Positions 29,135-40,129 of a stretch of 64,000 bases of DNA are shown here, in pieces. This DNA comes from Candidatus Krumholzibacteriia bacterium (GTDB lineage: Bacteria > Krumholzibacteriota > Krumholzibacteriia > LZORAL124-64-63): NCBI GenBank assembly GCA_024763215.1, contig JANTFX010000006.1, positions 2,439 through 66,438 on the forward strand. The letters run 5' to 3'. The position numbers were made by a program, and so were the translations under genes. The notes under the pieces were generated by a model. The model was given only the letters and a program-made list of their open reading frames with translations, searched no databases and had not been told where the DNA came from. Numbering within the stretch: the first letter of the stretch is position 1; each line of letters opens with the position of its first letter.

Positions 29135-30238
29135 ATGGATTTCACCAAGCTGTTTCGCCCCGGTATCCTCGCCACGAAACCCTACTCGCCCGGCAAGCCC
29201 ATCGCGGAGGTCAAGCGCGAGCTGAACCTTGACCGGGTGATCAAACTTGCCAGCAACGAAAATCCCGAAGGGCCATTGCCCGCGGTGGTCGAAGCCATCG
29301 GCAAGGCCGCCCTGGACATCAACCGCTACCCCGACGCTTCCTGCCATGACCTGACCCGGAAACTTTCGGCCCTGCTGGGTGTGGACCCCGGTCAGGTGAT
29401 TTTCGGCAACGGCAGCAACGAGGTCATCGACATCCTGATCCGCGCCCTGGTCAGCCCCGGGGAAAACGTGGTGTTCAGCGAGCACAGCTTCATCGTTTAC
29501 GCCCTGACCACCCGGGTCCACTTCGAGTGCGGACGCGCGGTTCCGCTCGCCCCGGGGGACAGGCACGATCTGCAGGCCATGGCCGACGCCGTGGACGAGC
29601 GGACCAAGCTCGTGATCGTATGCAACCCCAACAACCCCACCGGGACCTACAACACGGCGGCCGAGTTCGGGGCTTTCCTGGAGCTGATACCAGAAAACGT
29701 GATCGTGGCGGTCGATGAGGCTTATTACGAGTATGTCACGGCGGAGGATTATCCGCAGACCCTGGGCATGCTGGCCGAGCATCCCAATCTGGTCCTTCTG
29801 AGGACCTTCAGTAAAATTCATTCCCTGGCGGGCCTGCGCGTCGGGTATGGTGTGGGGCATGACGGCTTGATAAGCCAGTTGCACAGGACACGCGAACCAT
29901 TCAACGTCAACTCCCTGAGCCAGGCTGCGGCCATCGCCTGCCTCGACAACTGGCACGAGGTCGCCGGCCGCGCCCGGCGCAACCGGGAGCAGCGGGAAGC
30001 GATGGCCAAGGAACTCGCAGCCATCGGGCTTGAGGTTGTGCCCAGCCAGACCAACTTCCTGCTGGTCCGGGCGCCTGGGAAAGCCGCCACCTGGGCCCGC
30101 CTGCTGCTGGAGAAGGGGATCATCGTGCGGCCCATGGACGCCTTCGGGCTGGGTGATGGCGCCATGCGGATCAGCATCGGCTTGCCCGCCGAGAATGAAC
30201 TTTGTATCGCCGCCCTCAAGGAGATCGTCGCTCGATGA
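29135..30238 (+). CDS. hisC: Histidinol-phosphate aminotransferase
   Basis: YSPGKP, KLASNENP, GNGSNE, CNPNNPTG, DEAY, RTFSK..SLAGLRVGY. Confidence 0.93.
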   Translation: MDFTKLFRPGILATKPYSPGKPIAEVKRELNLDRVIKLASNENPEGPLPAVVEAIGKAALDINRYPDASCHDLTRKLSALLGVDPGQVIFGNGSNEVIDILIRALVSPGENVVFSEHSFIVYALTTRVHFECGRAVPLAPGDRHDLQAMADAVDERTKLVIVCNPNNPTGTYNTAAEFGAFLELIPENVIVAVDEAYYEYVTAEDYPQTLGMLAEHPNLVLLRTFSKIHSLAGLRVGYGVGHDGLISQLHRTREPFNVNSLSQAAAIACLDNWHEVAGRARRNREQREAMAKELAAIGLEVVPSQTNFLLVRAPGKAATWARLLLEKGIIVRPMDAFGLGDGAMRISIGLPAENELCIAALKEIVAR

Positions 30239-31062
30239 ACAATCCTGCCGCCAACCCCATCGCCAGGCGCAGGCCCGGTCAGGAAACGACCCTGGTCCGG
30301 GTCGGCGAGGTTGTGTTCGGCGGGTCCGAGGTGGTCCTGATCGGGGGGCCCTGTGCCGTCGAGACCAGGGAGCAGATCCTCACCGCCGCCGGTCAGGTGG
30401 CCGCGGCCGGCGGCAGGATGTTGCGGGGCGGTGCCTGGAAACCCCGCACGAGTCCCTACAGCTTCCAGGGGCTGGGCCCGGAGGGCTTGTCGCTGCTGGC
30501 CGAAGCCCGCGCCGCAAGCGGCCTGCCCGTGGTGACCGAGGTGCTGGACCCCAGGGATGTGCAGCAGGTGGCCCAGGCGGCCGATATGCTGCAGATCGGC
30601 AGCCGGAACATCCAGAACTTCCCCCTCCTGAAGGAGGCCGGGGCCAGCGGCGTTCCGGTCCTGCTCAAGCGGGGCATGATGACCACCCTCGACGAATGGC
30701 TCTGGGCCGCCGAATATGTGCTCAGCGCCGGCGGCCGGGACCTGGTCCTGTGCGAACGCGGTATCAGGACCTTCGATCCCTCCCTGCGCAACACCCTCGA
30801 TGTGGGTGGCGTCGCGCTTCTCAAGCAGGAGACGCATCTGCCGGTGGTGGTCGATCCCAGCCATGCCGCGGGCGACCACCGGTTCGTCGCCGCCCTGGCC
30901 AGGGCCGCGGTCGCCGCCGGAGCCGACGGGTTGCTGGTGGAAACACACCCCGATCCGCCTGCGGCCCTCAGCGACAAGCAGCAATCCCTGACTCCCGACG
31001 AATTCCGGGAACTCGTGGCTTCGTGCCGCGCCGTGGCCCGCGCCATCGGCAGGGAACTCTAG
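30235..31062 (+). CDS. aroF: DAHP synthase, type I-beta, without N-terminal regulatory domain
   Basis: GGPCAVE, RGGAWKPRTSPYSFQG, QIGSRN, LLKRG, CERGIRTF, DPSH, ETHP.P..ALSD. Confidence 0.9.
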   Translation: MNNPAANPIARRRPGQETTLVRVGEVVFGGSEVVLIGGPCAVETREQILTAAGQVAAAGGRMLRGGAWKPRTSPYSFQGLGPEGLSLLAEARAASGLPVVTEVLDPRDVQQVAQAADMLQIGSRNIQNFPLLKEAGASGVPVLLKRGMMTTLDEWLWAAEYVLSAGGRDLVLCERGIRTFDPSLRNTLDVGGVALLKQETHLPVVVDPSHAAGDHRFVAALARAAVAAGADGLLVETHPDPPAALSDKQQSLTPDEFRELVASCRAVARAIGREL

Positions 31063-31063
31063 C

Positions 31064-32542
31064 ATGGAACCAGCCGCACTGGCCGGAATCCCGACCCCGG
31101 AACTCGCACCATTGCCCGCGGACACGGTCATCGCCATCGACGGTCCGGCCGGTTCGGGGAAATCCACCACAGCCAAGCACCTGGCGGCACGTTTCGGCCT
31201 GCTTTACATCGATACGGGCGCCATGTACCGGGCGCTGACCCTGGCGGCCCTGCGGGGGGGGGTGGATGTGGGCGACGAGCAGGCCCTGGCTCGCCTGCTC
31301 GCATCCTCGCGCCTGGAGCTGGTCTCCGGCGGCAAGGAGGCGCGGGTGACCTGGGAAGGCCAGGATGTCTCCGCCGCCATCAGGACCACCGAGGTGGAAG
31401 CGGCCGTATCCCTGGTCAGCTCGCATCCGGCCGTGCGGCAGGAGATGGTGCGGCGCCAGCAGGACATGGGCCGCCGCGGGGGCGTGGTCATGGAAGGCCG
31501 CGACATCGGCAGCGTGGTTTTCCCGCTGGCCACGGCCAAGATCTTCCTTTCGGCCGGGCTGGAAGCCCGCGTCCAGCGCCGCCTGCGCCAGTACCGGCAA
31601 CGCGGCCAGGAACTCAGTGCAGACCAGGTCCGGGCCGATCTTGCCAAGCGCGACAAGCTGGACAGCGAGCGTGTGACCAGCCCCTTGAACATCTCGCCCG
31701 ATGCGGTCGTCATCGACAGCAGCGCCATGGATATCCAGCGCCAGAACGAGGCCTGCGCCCGCGCCTGCCGGTTGAACCCCACCCTGGACCGCCTGCTCGA
31801 CCGGGATCTGGCCACCTCCCGCCGCACCCTGCCCTGGCATTACCGCCTGGCCTACGGCGTCATGCAGACCCTCGGCCGGTATTACGGGCTCCGGCAGGTG
31901 GGCAACGAGGGCAAGGCCTTGCCGCGGGGCTGCATCGTGGCCGTCAACCACATCAGCCTGTGGGACCCGCCCCTGGTCGGGGGGACCTTCATGCGGCACC
32001 GCGTCAACACCCTGGCCAAGGCGGAGCTGTTCAAACCCGGGCCCATGAAGGCTTTTTTCAACTGGCTGGATTCCATCCCCATCCGGCGGCGTGGTTTCGA
32101 CCAGGAGGCCTTCCGTGCGGCTTCGGCTTCCCTGGCGGCCGGGAACAACCTGCTGATCTTCCCCGAGGGCACCAGGCGCCCCGTCGGCAGGCCGGGCCCG
32201 GTCCGCAATGGCCTGGGGATCCTGGTCCAGGACAGCGGTGCGCCCATGCAACCGATTTTCATCAGGGGCAGTTACGGCCGGATGCCCATGGGCTCCACAC
32301 TCTCGCCGCTGGAGGTTTCCTACGGGCCGGTGGTGTGGTGGCACGGTTTGCCGGCCCTGAGGGAACAGCTCGACCCCAAGCAGATCAGCCGGCGCATCGC
32401 CCAGCTCTGCGAGGCGATCTTCCTGGATCTGCAGGCGGCCTCGTTTGCCCGCCATCCCCAGACCGAATTCGAAAAGCGGCTCGGCGCCGGCCAGGCCGCC
32501 CGGTTGGAAGCCCGCTCACGCAAGGTTTTCGGCCGTTCCTGA
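31064..32542 (+). CDS. cmk: Cytidylate kinase fused to a PlsC-type lysophospholipid acyltransferase
   Basis: N-half: IAIDGPAGSGKST, DTGAMYR, EGRDIG. C-half: NHISLWD (HX4D), AKAELF, IFPEGTR. Confidence 0.92.
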   Translation: MEPAALAGIPTPELAPLPADTVIAIDGPAGSGKSTTAKHLAARFGLLYIDTGAMYRALTLAALRGGVDVGDEQALARLLASSRLELVSGGKEARVTWEGQDVSAAIRTTEVEAAVSLVSSHPAVRQEMVRRQQDMGRRGGVVMEGRDIGSVVFPLATAKIFLSAGLEARVQRRLRQYRQRGQELSADQVRADLAKRDKLDSERVTSPLNISPDAVVIDSSAMDIQRQNEACARACRLNPTLDRLLDRDLATSRRTLPWHYRLAYGVMQTLGRYYGLRQVGNEGKALPRGCIVAVNHISLWDPPLVGGTFMRHRVNTLAKAELFKPGPMKAFFNWLDSIPIRRRGFDQEAFRAASASLAAGNNLLIFPEGTRRPVGRPGPVRNGLGILVQDSGAPMQPIFIRGSYGRMPMGSTLSPLEVSYGPVVWWHGLPALREQLDPKQISRRIAQLCEAIFLDLQAASFARHPQTEFEKRLGAGQAARLEARSRKVFGRS

Positions 32543-32577
32543 GCGCGCTATCCCGTGGAAAATCCCCGGTGACCCCC

Positions 32578-32606
32578 TTGCAATAGCGGCAAGGCTGGGT
32601 TAGTTT
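32578..32606 (+). promoter_or_regulatory. Sigma70 promoter of rpsA
   Basis: TTGCAA (32578-83), 17 nt spacer, TAGTTT (32601-06). Confidence 0.55.
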
Positions 32607-32667
32607 ATGCAACCTGCCGGACCTTGAGGTCCCGGTGTATTCATCTGTCACTAGGAGGCAACCTTTC

Positions 32668-34689
<2,022 letters not shown>

Positions 34690-34726
34690 GCCGGGCTTAC
34701 CAGACCTGAGAAGGTCCGCCTGTGAG

Positions 34727-34759
34727 AGGGGCGGGGGCATGCCCCGTCCCTTTTTCTTT
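34727..34759 (+). terminator. Intrinsic terminator after rpsA
   Basis: AGGGGCGGGG-GCATG-CCCCGTCCCT stem followed by TTTTCTTT. Confidence 0.7.
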
Positions 34760-34768
34760 GGAGGAGAA

Positions 34769-36157
34769 ATGAGCGATTCCAGCCCGAACCTCATCCCCGA
34801 TCTGCGGCCGCACGCCGCCCCGGCAGCTGCGGGGGAAAGGCAGCTCCGGGTGGCATTCTGGACCCTGGGTTGCCGGCTCAACCAGTACGATACCGAGGGG
34901 ATCCGGGTCCAGCTCGCCGCGCTGCGGCCCATCCAGGTCGTGCCCTGGACCGCCGAGGCGGACCTGTACGTGCTCAACAGCTGCACGGTGACGTCCAAGG
35001 CGGATCAGGAATGCCGCCGGCTGGCCAGGCAGGCCAAGCGCCGGTCCCCCGGCGCCAAGGTCCTGGTGGCCGGATGCTACGCCCAGACCCAGCCCGAGTC
35101 CCTGGCCGGTGTCCCGGAGATCGACGCCGTGGTCGGGAATGTCGACAAGGAGCAGGTCCGGCAGTGGCTGCCCGCGGTCCTCGAGGCGGACGGTCCCTCG
35201 GTGCATGTGCGGGATTTCGAACCTCATCCGGTCTTCGACTCTCCCGTGATCGATGATTTCAGCGGCCGGAGCAGAGCCTTCGTTAAGATCCAGGACGGCT
35301 GCGATCTGCGTTGCACATACTGCCTGATCTGGAAGGCCCGCGGGCCCGGCCGGTCCAGGACCGTGGAGGATATCGATGCCCAGTTGGAAACCCTGGTCGC
35401 AGGAGGCTACCGCGAGGCCATCCTGGCCGGGATCCATCTCGGGGGGTACGGGCGGGACCTTTCCGGGGGGCTTCCCCTGCCGGAGCTCCTGAGGCACGTG
35501 CTGGAGAAGTTCCCCGACCTGAGGATCCGCCTCAGCAGCATCCACCCCAACGAGGTCAGCCCGGCCTTGCTGGAACTGTTCAGGGAGCATGAGCACCTGC
35601 GCCCCCACCTGCATATCTCCCTCCAAAGCGGCAGCGACACGGTGCTGCGGCGCATGAGGCGTCCCTATGACGGCCGGCGCGCGCGGGAAGCCGTGCGGAG
35701 CATCGCCACCGTGGGGCGCAACTTCGGCATCGGCGCCGACATCATCGTTGGCTTTCCCGGCGAGAGTGAAGCGGAATTCGCGGACACCATGGCCATGATC
35801 GAGGAACTGCCCTTCAGCTATCTGCACGTCTTCCGCTTCTCGCCACGGCCCGGAACCGTGGCGGCGGAAATGGGCGACCCGGTGCACCCCGAGACCGTTT
35901 CCCTGCGTGCGGATAGGCTGCGGGACCTCGCCGCCCGGCGTCACCTCGCATTCCTGGATCGCCTAGTGGGCACCGAGCGGGAGGCCGTGCTCGAGGCCAC
36001 CGACGAGGAATCCGGTCTGCGCAGGGCCACCACGGACAATTACGCGGTCGTCCTTGTGCCCCCCGGCGGGGAGACCGGTTCGCTGGTCCGCTTGCGGCCG
36101 GTGCGCCGGGAAGGCGACCGGCTTTTCGCCGAGATCATCGGAGACAGCCATGACTGA
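34769..36157 (+). CDS. mtaB: tRNA t6A37 methylthiotransferase
   Basis: TLGCRLNQYDT, NSCTVT..AD, KIQDGCDLRCTYC, SLQSGSD, IIVGFPGE, HVFRFSPRPGT. GGAGGAG precedes ATG 34769. Confidence 0.9.
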   Translation: MSDSSPNLIPDLRPHAAPAAAGERQLRVAFWTLGCRLNQYDTEGIRVQLAALRPIQVVPWTAEADLYVLNSCTVTSKADQECRRLARQAKRRSPGAKVLVAGCYAQTQPESLAGVPEIDAVVGNVDKEQVRQWLPAVLEADGPSVHVRDFEPHPVFDSPVIDDFSGRSRAFVKIQDGCDLRCTYCLIWKARGPGRSRTVEDIDAQLETLVAGGYREAILAGIHLGGYGRDLSGGLPLPELLRHVLEKFPDLRIRLSSIHPNEVSPALLELFREHEHLRPHLHISLQSGSDTVLRRMRRPYDGRRAREAVRSIATVGRNFGIGADIIVGFPGESEAEFADTMAMIEELPFSYLHVFRFSPRPGTVAAEMGDPVHPETVSLRADRLRDLAARRHLAFLDRLVGTEREAVLEATDEESGLRRATTDNYAVVLVPPGGETGSLVRLRPVRREGDRLFAEIIGDSHD

Positions 36158-37529
36158 TTTCCTGCCCGACATTCCCGTGCTTTCCAGTGGGGAGCCGGAC
36201 ACCACGGCCGGCGTCCGGTTCCACGTGGAGACCTACGGTTGCCAGATGAACGTTTACGACAGCCAGGCCATCGCCGGTTTCCTGCTGGACCGGGGTTACC
36301 GGCGTGTGGGGGACCCCGACGTCGCTGACGTCATCCTGCTCAACACCTGCAGCGTTCGTGATCATGCCGAGCAGAAGGTGCTCAGCCGGATCGGTGAGAT
36401 CAGGCGCGTCCGTGATGTGCGGGGGCTGCCCCAGCCGGTCATCGGGGTTTGCGGGTGCATGGCCGAGCGGATGGGTGAGGACCTGACCCGCGGGCCGCGG
36501 GGTGTGGACCTGGTGGTGGGGGTGGACCGGTACCGGGACCTGCCCGATTTGCTGGCCGCCCTCGTTGACGGTAGCGAAACTCCCGTATCCCGGACCGCTA
36601 CCGGCCACCGCGACGACAGCCGTCTGGTGGCTCCGCCCGAGCTCTATCCCGTGAACAACAGCCACCTGGTGACCATCCATACCGGCTGCGATTACAAGTG
36701 CACCTACTGCATCGTGCCGGCCACCAGGGGTCCCCAGAGGGAGAAGGACCCGGAACTGATCGCCCGGGAGATCGAACACATCGTCCGGATCGGCGGCCGC
36801 GAGGTGACCCTGCTTGGCCAGAACGTCACCGCCTACCGGTGGGGGGACCTGGATTTCGCCGGCCTGCTGGCCAGCATCCACGGCATCGACGGCCTTGAGC
36901 GGATCCGCTTCCTGACCGGACACCCCTGCGACATGCACCCTCACCTGATGGATGGCATCGGCCGGCTCGACAAGGTGTGCCCCTGGCTGCACCTGCCCAT
37001 CCAGAGCGGGAGCGACCGGGTCCTCAAACGCATGAAGAGGCATTACACCAGGCGGCAGTACCTGGACCTGGTCGCCTATGCCCGGCGGGTCATCCCGGAG
37101 GTGACGTTTTCCTCCGATTTCATCGTGGGCTTCCCCGGCGAAACCGAGGCGGATTTTAATGCTACCGTTGAGGTGGTCGAGGCGGTACAGTTCGACCAGA
37201 TCTTCACGTTCAAGTACTCGGAACGGCCCGGGGTGCCCGCGGCCAAGCTGGCGGACGACGTGCCGGCGGCGGTCAAGAAGCAGAGGCTGGCCGCAATCAT
37301 GGCCGCCCAGGAGAAGATCTGGAAGCGTATCGCCGACGGTTGCGTGGGCCAGCGATGGCGTGCCGTGGTCGAGAAACCCGCCCGCCGCCCGCAGGGATCG
37401 TGGATGCTGCGCACCGGAAACAACCGCAAGGTGATCGCGGCGTCGCCCGGATTGGCCGTGGGCGACGTGGCAACCGTGGAGATTACCGGCCACCAGTATA
37501 CGACCTTCTTCGGCTCAGTTGCGGAATGA
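36150..37529 (+). CDS. miaB: tRNA i6A37 methylthiotransferase
   Basis: ETYGCQMNVYDS, NTCSVR..AEQK, GCMAER, GCDYKCTYCIVP, LLGQNV, YSERPG, TRAM domain. Confidence 0.93.
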   Translation: MTDFLPDIPVLSSGEPDTTAGVRFHVETYGCQMNVYDSQAIAGFLLDRGYRRVGDPDVADVILLNTCSVRDHAEQKVLSRIGEIRRVRDVRGLPQPVIGVCGCMAERMGEDLTRGPRGVDLVVGVDRYRDLPDLLAALVDGSETPVSRTATGHRDDSRLVAPPELYPVNNSHLVTIHTGCDYKCTYCIVPATRGPQREKDPELIAREIEHIVRIGGREVTLLGQNVTAYRWGDLDFAGLLASIHGIDGLERIRFLTGHPCDMHPHLMDGIGRLDKVCPWLHLPIQSGSDRVLKRMKRHYTRRQYLDLVAYARRVIPEVTFSSDFIVGFPGETEADFNATVEVVEAVQFDQIFTFKYSERPGVPAAKLADDVPAAVKKQRLAAIMAAQEKIWKRIADGCVGQRWRAVVEKPARRPQGSWMLRTGNNRKVIAASPGLAVGDVATVEITGHQYTTFFGSVAE

Positions 37530-37561
37530 CCCGGGCGGGCGTTCCGACGAGGTGATTGATC

Positions 37562-37900
37562 ATGTGGTTCTTCAAGGGTTTCCTGTTCCTGCTACTGCTG
37601 TTCGTCCTGGCCTATTTCTTCATCACCAACGGCGGGCAAACGGTGGACCTCAAATTCTTCGGGCACGATTACCTGGGCATCTCCATCTACTGGCTCGTCG
37701 TGGTCAGTTACCTGCTGGGGTTCCTGACCAGCTTCGTCATGGCCGCTCTGCGTGAATTCCAGCTTCGCCGGCGCCTGCGCGGACTGCAGAAGCAACTGAA
37801 ACTCAAGGAAAAGGAAATCGCAGAATTGAGGGTCTTGCCGCTCAAGGAAGAGGCCGGCCCCGGCTCCGGCGGCGACAAGCAGGACCCGGACGATGCCTGA
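37562..37900 (+). CDS. lapA: LPS assembly protein LapA-like (DUF1049)
   Basis: Two transmembrane segments, F...N..TVDL.FFG, coiled-coil tail, directly upstream of a LapB-like gene. Confidence 0.7.
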   Translation: MWFFKGFLFLLLLFVLAYFFITNGGQTVDLKFFGHDYLGISIYWLVVVSYLLGFLTSFVMAALREFQLRRRLRGLQKQLKLKEKEIAELRVLPLKEEAGPGSGGDKQDPDDA

Positions 37901-39065
37901 TCCGATGGTGGTCCTGGGGGGCGCGGCCGTCCTGCTGGCGGTGGGGTTCCTGCTGGCCGGGATCCTGAGGCAGGGCCAAGGGGCCAGGTCCCCCGACCTG
38001 TATCTCGATGCCCTGGAGGCCTGGTCGGCCGGTGACCTCGACCGTGCCGAACGGGATCTGAGATCGGCCGTGGCGGCGGACCCCAAGGGGGTTGATTCCT
38101 TCCTCAAGCTGGGTGATCTGTTCCGCCTGCGCGGCCAGGCCGACCGGGCCGCGGTGCTGCATCGGGGGCTGATCGCCCGGGCGGACCTGCCGGCCAACCG
38201 CAGGGTGCAGGCCGGCCTTTCCCTGGCTGAAGACCTGCTCGCCTTGTCCCGCTACGAAGAGGCCGGACAGGTCCTGGATACGTTGGTCCGGCAGGCCGGC
38301 GGTCAGGATCGCTACTGGTGGGCCAGATTCTCCCAGTGGATCGGACTCGCAGACGACGAGGAGGCCGCGCGGGCGCTGAAGTTCGCCGGTGAGCATCTGG
38401 ACCCGGAACGGCAGGCCGCCTTCCGTTCAGCCTACGGCTTTTTCCAGCTGGACCGGGCCTATGCCGCCGCCCTTGAACACGATCATTCCCGGGCCTTGGC
38501 CCTGTGCAAGAAGATCCCCGCCGATTCGTCGGCCAAGGCACAGGTCCCTTTGGTCGAGGCCGTGGTCAAGGTGGGCAAGGGGGACACCAGCGCGGCCATG
38601 GACATCGCCGCCAGCAGCCTCGAACGCCAGCCGGAAGCCCTGTCGGCCTTTCAGTCGGTTCTGCGGCCCGCCTTGCTGGAACAGGGCCAGTTCGCCCGGG
38701 CCATCCCCTTGCTCGAAAGGGTGGTCCAGCAACCCGAGGCCCCGCTGCCGCTGGTGGTCGAGCTGGCCCTGCTCTACGAGAAGACCGGGCGCCGGGAGGA
38801 CGCGGTCGACCTGCTGGTCCGCATGAAGGGGCGGGTTGATTTGACTTGCGGGTCCGCCGCGCTGTTGCTGAACGTCCTGATCCGCAGCGGTTGCGATGCC
38901 CGGACCCGGGACCTATGGGATGCCCTGCACCACCAGCATGAGTATGCGGGATGGTCCTGCTCGCACTGCGCCACCCCCCAGCGGCGCTACGGATGGTTCT
39001 GCCCGGCCTGCCTGCATTTCGGTGCCTTCCGGCCGGGGAACCGGCCCCTGGAAGGAGGGTCATGA
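37893..39065 (+). CDS. lapB: LapB/YciM-like TPR protein with C-terminal rubredoxin
   Basis: N-terminal TM, LGDLFR.RG..DRA..LH, TPR repeats, C-terminal CSHC...WFCPAC. Confidence 0.8.
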   Translation: MPDPMVVLGGAAVLLAVGFLLAGILRQGQGARSPDLYLDALEAWSAGDLDRAERDLRSAVAADPKGVDSFLKLGDLFRLRGQADRAAVLHRGLIARADLPANRRVQAGLSLAEDLLALSRYEEAGQVLDTLVRQAGGQDRYWWARFSQWIGLADDEEAARALKFAGEHLDPERQAAFRSAYGFFQLDRAYAAALEHDHSRALALCKKIPADSSAKAQVPLVEAVVKVGKGDTSAAMDIAASSLERQPEALSAFQSVLRPALLEQGQFARAIPLLERVVQQPEAPLPLVVELALLYEKTGRREDAVDLLVRMKGRVDLTCGSAALLLNVLIRSGCDARTRDLWDALHHQHEYAGWSCSHCATPQRRYGWFCPACLHFGAFRPGNRPLEGGS

Positions 39066-40099
39066 AGTTGCGGGTATGTCCCCCAAAATCCCGGTGGGCA
39101 AAGGCCGTCTTCCCCGCGGCCTGCCTTCTGCTCCTGGTGATGCTGAACTCATCCCGGTTGTCCGCGGTGGGCGTCGGGCTTCTGGGCCCGTTCGCCGCCG
39201 GGGATTTCCAGACGGCCAGGGAGGCCCTCGGCAGCGGCAACGCCGACACGGGGGATGCCGGCTGGTCCTTGCTTAATCTGCTGCTTGCCGCCGATCCGGG
39301 GCAAATGGCCGCCCTGGAGCCACCTGCGCGGGCCTCGGGTTCCTCCGGCAAGGCCTGGCAGGCCCGCTGGGCCAGGGAAAATGCCGACCTCGCCTTTGCC
39401 CGCGGGGAATACCGGCAAGCACTTGATGATCTCGACCCGTTCCTGCAGGACCAGGACGAGCGCCGCGATGGAGCGATCTACCTGCGGGCCGGTTTGTCCT
39501 GGCGCGCCCTGGGCCGGCTGCAACAGGCCAGGGAGATGCTGGCCTCGGTCAAGCCGGAGGATCCTGTCTTCCCCCTGGCGCGTTTTTATCTGGGGGACGT
39601 CGCCCTGGAGAACGGCGACCCTGAACTTGCGCTGCGCTACTTCGACAGCGCGGGCGCCGCCTGGGGCGAAGGCGAAAAATCCCTTGTGGACGGAGGAAGG
39701 TACCAGGCCCTGACCGCACTGGGAAGGCATGAGCAGGCACAGGCCCTTCTGTCCGCGCACCTGGCCGCAGGCCAGGGAGGGTTGCCGTGGCCGGAAGCCG
39801 CCCCCGCGGCTGTTGCCTCGCCGGATACCACGGCTGGGCCCAGGCCGTCTTCCCGGGCCGGTGCGAAATTCTGCCTGCAGCTGGGAGCCTTCCGGGACCG
39901 GGGGCTGGCCATCAGCATGCTGAACAGATACGACGGCATGATCCCCGATCTGCGCATCGAGGCCGGCCAGGACGCGCAGGGGCAGCCCCTGTTCAGGGTG
40001 CGGGGCGGCGCCTTCAACGACCCCGGCCAGGCCCATGCCCGGGCCGAGGAGCTGAAGGGGCAATTTGGCATCGAGGCTATTGTCAAGGAATCGGACTAA
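39062..40099 (+). CDS. Exported TPR + SPOR domain protein
   Basis: Signal peptide, TPR-like helices, Pro/Ala linker, C-terminal LQLGAF....A...FRVR.G.F....A (SPOR). Confidence 0.75.
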   Translation: MKLRVCPPKSRWAKAVFPAACLLLLVMLNSSRLSAVGVGLLGPFAAGDFQTAREALGSGNADTGDAGWSLLNLLLAADPGQMAALEPPARASGSSGKAWQARWARENADLAFARGEYRQALDDLDPFLQDQDERRDGAIYLRAGLSWRALGRLQQAREMLASVKPEDPVFPLARFYLGDVALENGDPELALRYFDSAGAAWGEGEKSLVDGGRYQALTALGRHEQAQALLSAHLAAGQGGLPWPEAAPAAVASPDTTAGPRPSSRAGAKFCLQLGAFRDRGLAISMLNRYDGMIPDLRIEAGQDAQGQPLFRVRGGAFNDPGQAHARAEELKGQFGIEAIVKESD

Positions 40100-40129
40100 T
40101 CCCTTGCAACCAGGAGATTTCTGCCTTCC

